Positions 63,501 to 64,000 of a DNA stretch of 64,000 nt are shown here, in pieces (positions within the stretch are counted from its first letter, which is position 1; each line of letters starts with the position of its first letter). Origin of the DNA: Blasia pusilla (lineage: Eukaryota); the NCBI GenBank assembly GCA_050084515.1, contig CM114271.1, forward strand, positions 42,160,001 to 42,224,000. The letters run 5' to 3'. The translations under genes and the position numbers were made by a program. Under the pieces are notes generated by a model, which saw only the letters and a list, made by a program, of their open reading frames with translations, had not been told where the DNA came from and ran no database searches.

Positions 63501-64000
63501 CCAAACCACCTGGATAGATCACATGACCCAAGTACTCAACATCCTCATGGAAGAACTTACACTTTCCTGGATGCAAACGTAGACCATGAGCTTTCAACCG
63601 CTCAAACACCATCTCCAAATGTATCTGATGCTCCTCCACCGTGTTACTGAACACCAAGATATCATCAATGTAACACCGAACAAAATCCAACCCTGCTAGG
63701 ATCCTGTCCATCACTCTTTGAAACTCGGCAGGTGCATTCTTCAACCCAAAGGGTAAGAATTTCCACTGGTACAAACAATCCTTGCCATGAGAGTTGACAC
63801 CCCAAAATGCTGTCTTGGCCTTGTCACTCTCCCGAATCGGCAATTGATGGTATCATGCCCGAAGATCCAAAGTACTGAAAATCTTTGCCTATCCCACCAC
63901 ATCAAAGATCTCCTCAGGTGTAGGCATGGCATACCTATGGGCCTTGGTTTGCCAATTGATAGGACGGTAATCTCCACACATCCGCCTATCCGTGTAGTTG
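60502..64000 (-). mobile_element. Ty3/gypsy retrotransposon (RT-RNaseH-integrase-PHD), frameshifted, running off the window end
   Basis: LPFGLKNAPAEFQR and CYIDDIL RT; VAYASR and KLARWAL RNase H; EHFSKW and SPYFLLYGRDP integrase; C4HC3 PHD at 61255-61400; PPT at about 61083-61096; terminal repeats at 61081-60978 and 60605-60502. Confidence 0.92.

Overview
Eukaryotic, TE-dense DNA, most likely from a non-seed land plant (GT-AG introns, Met-i-primed Ty1/copia elements, CACTA remnants, CRE-like LINEs); the taxon cannot be fixed from sequence alone. The main object is a ~12-kb Mutator-like (MULE) DNA transposon present as two nested copies in opposite orientation: outer 4677-26772 (9-bp TSD CAGGTATAT) and inner 10317-22094 (9-bp TSD CAACAAGAG). 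An older remnant ends at 35672. The element has no long TIRs and carries two divergent intron-containing genes: (i) a DDE transposase with a GCM/WRKY-like Zn domain and a SWIM finger, and (ii) a cargo gene fusing a ParB/sulfiredoxin-like domain to a prokaryotic-type beta-class N4C/N6A DNA-methyltransferase fold. Its introns, promoter and subterminal DNA hold roughly 70 copies (by eye) of a 29-bp palindrome, TGCAACCCGTCGG-nnn-CCGACGGGTTGCA. Both copies are pseudogenised and have complementary deletions. The rest of the window contains a full-length degenerate copia element and a related solo LTR, CACTA ends, CRE-like LINE fragments, and gypsy-type elements with an unusual A...B-A-B terminal-repeat layout (one has a PHD finger after the integrase). 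There are two apparently intact host genes (DPH4-like J-protein; BBE-like FAD oxidase) and a bromodomain gene fragment. All alignments and counts were done by eye.
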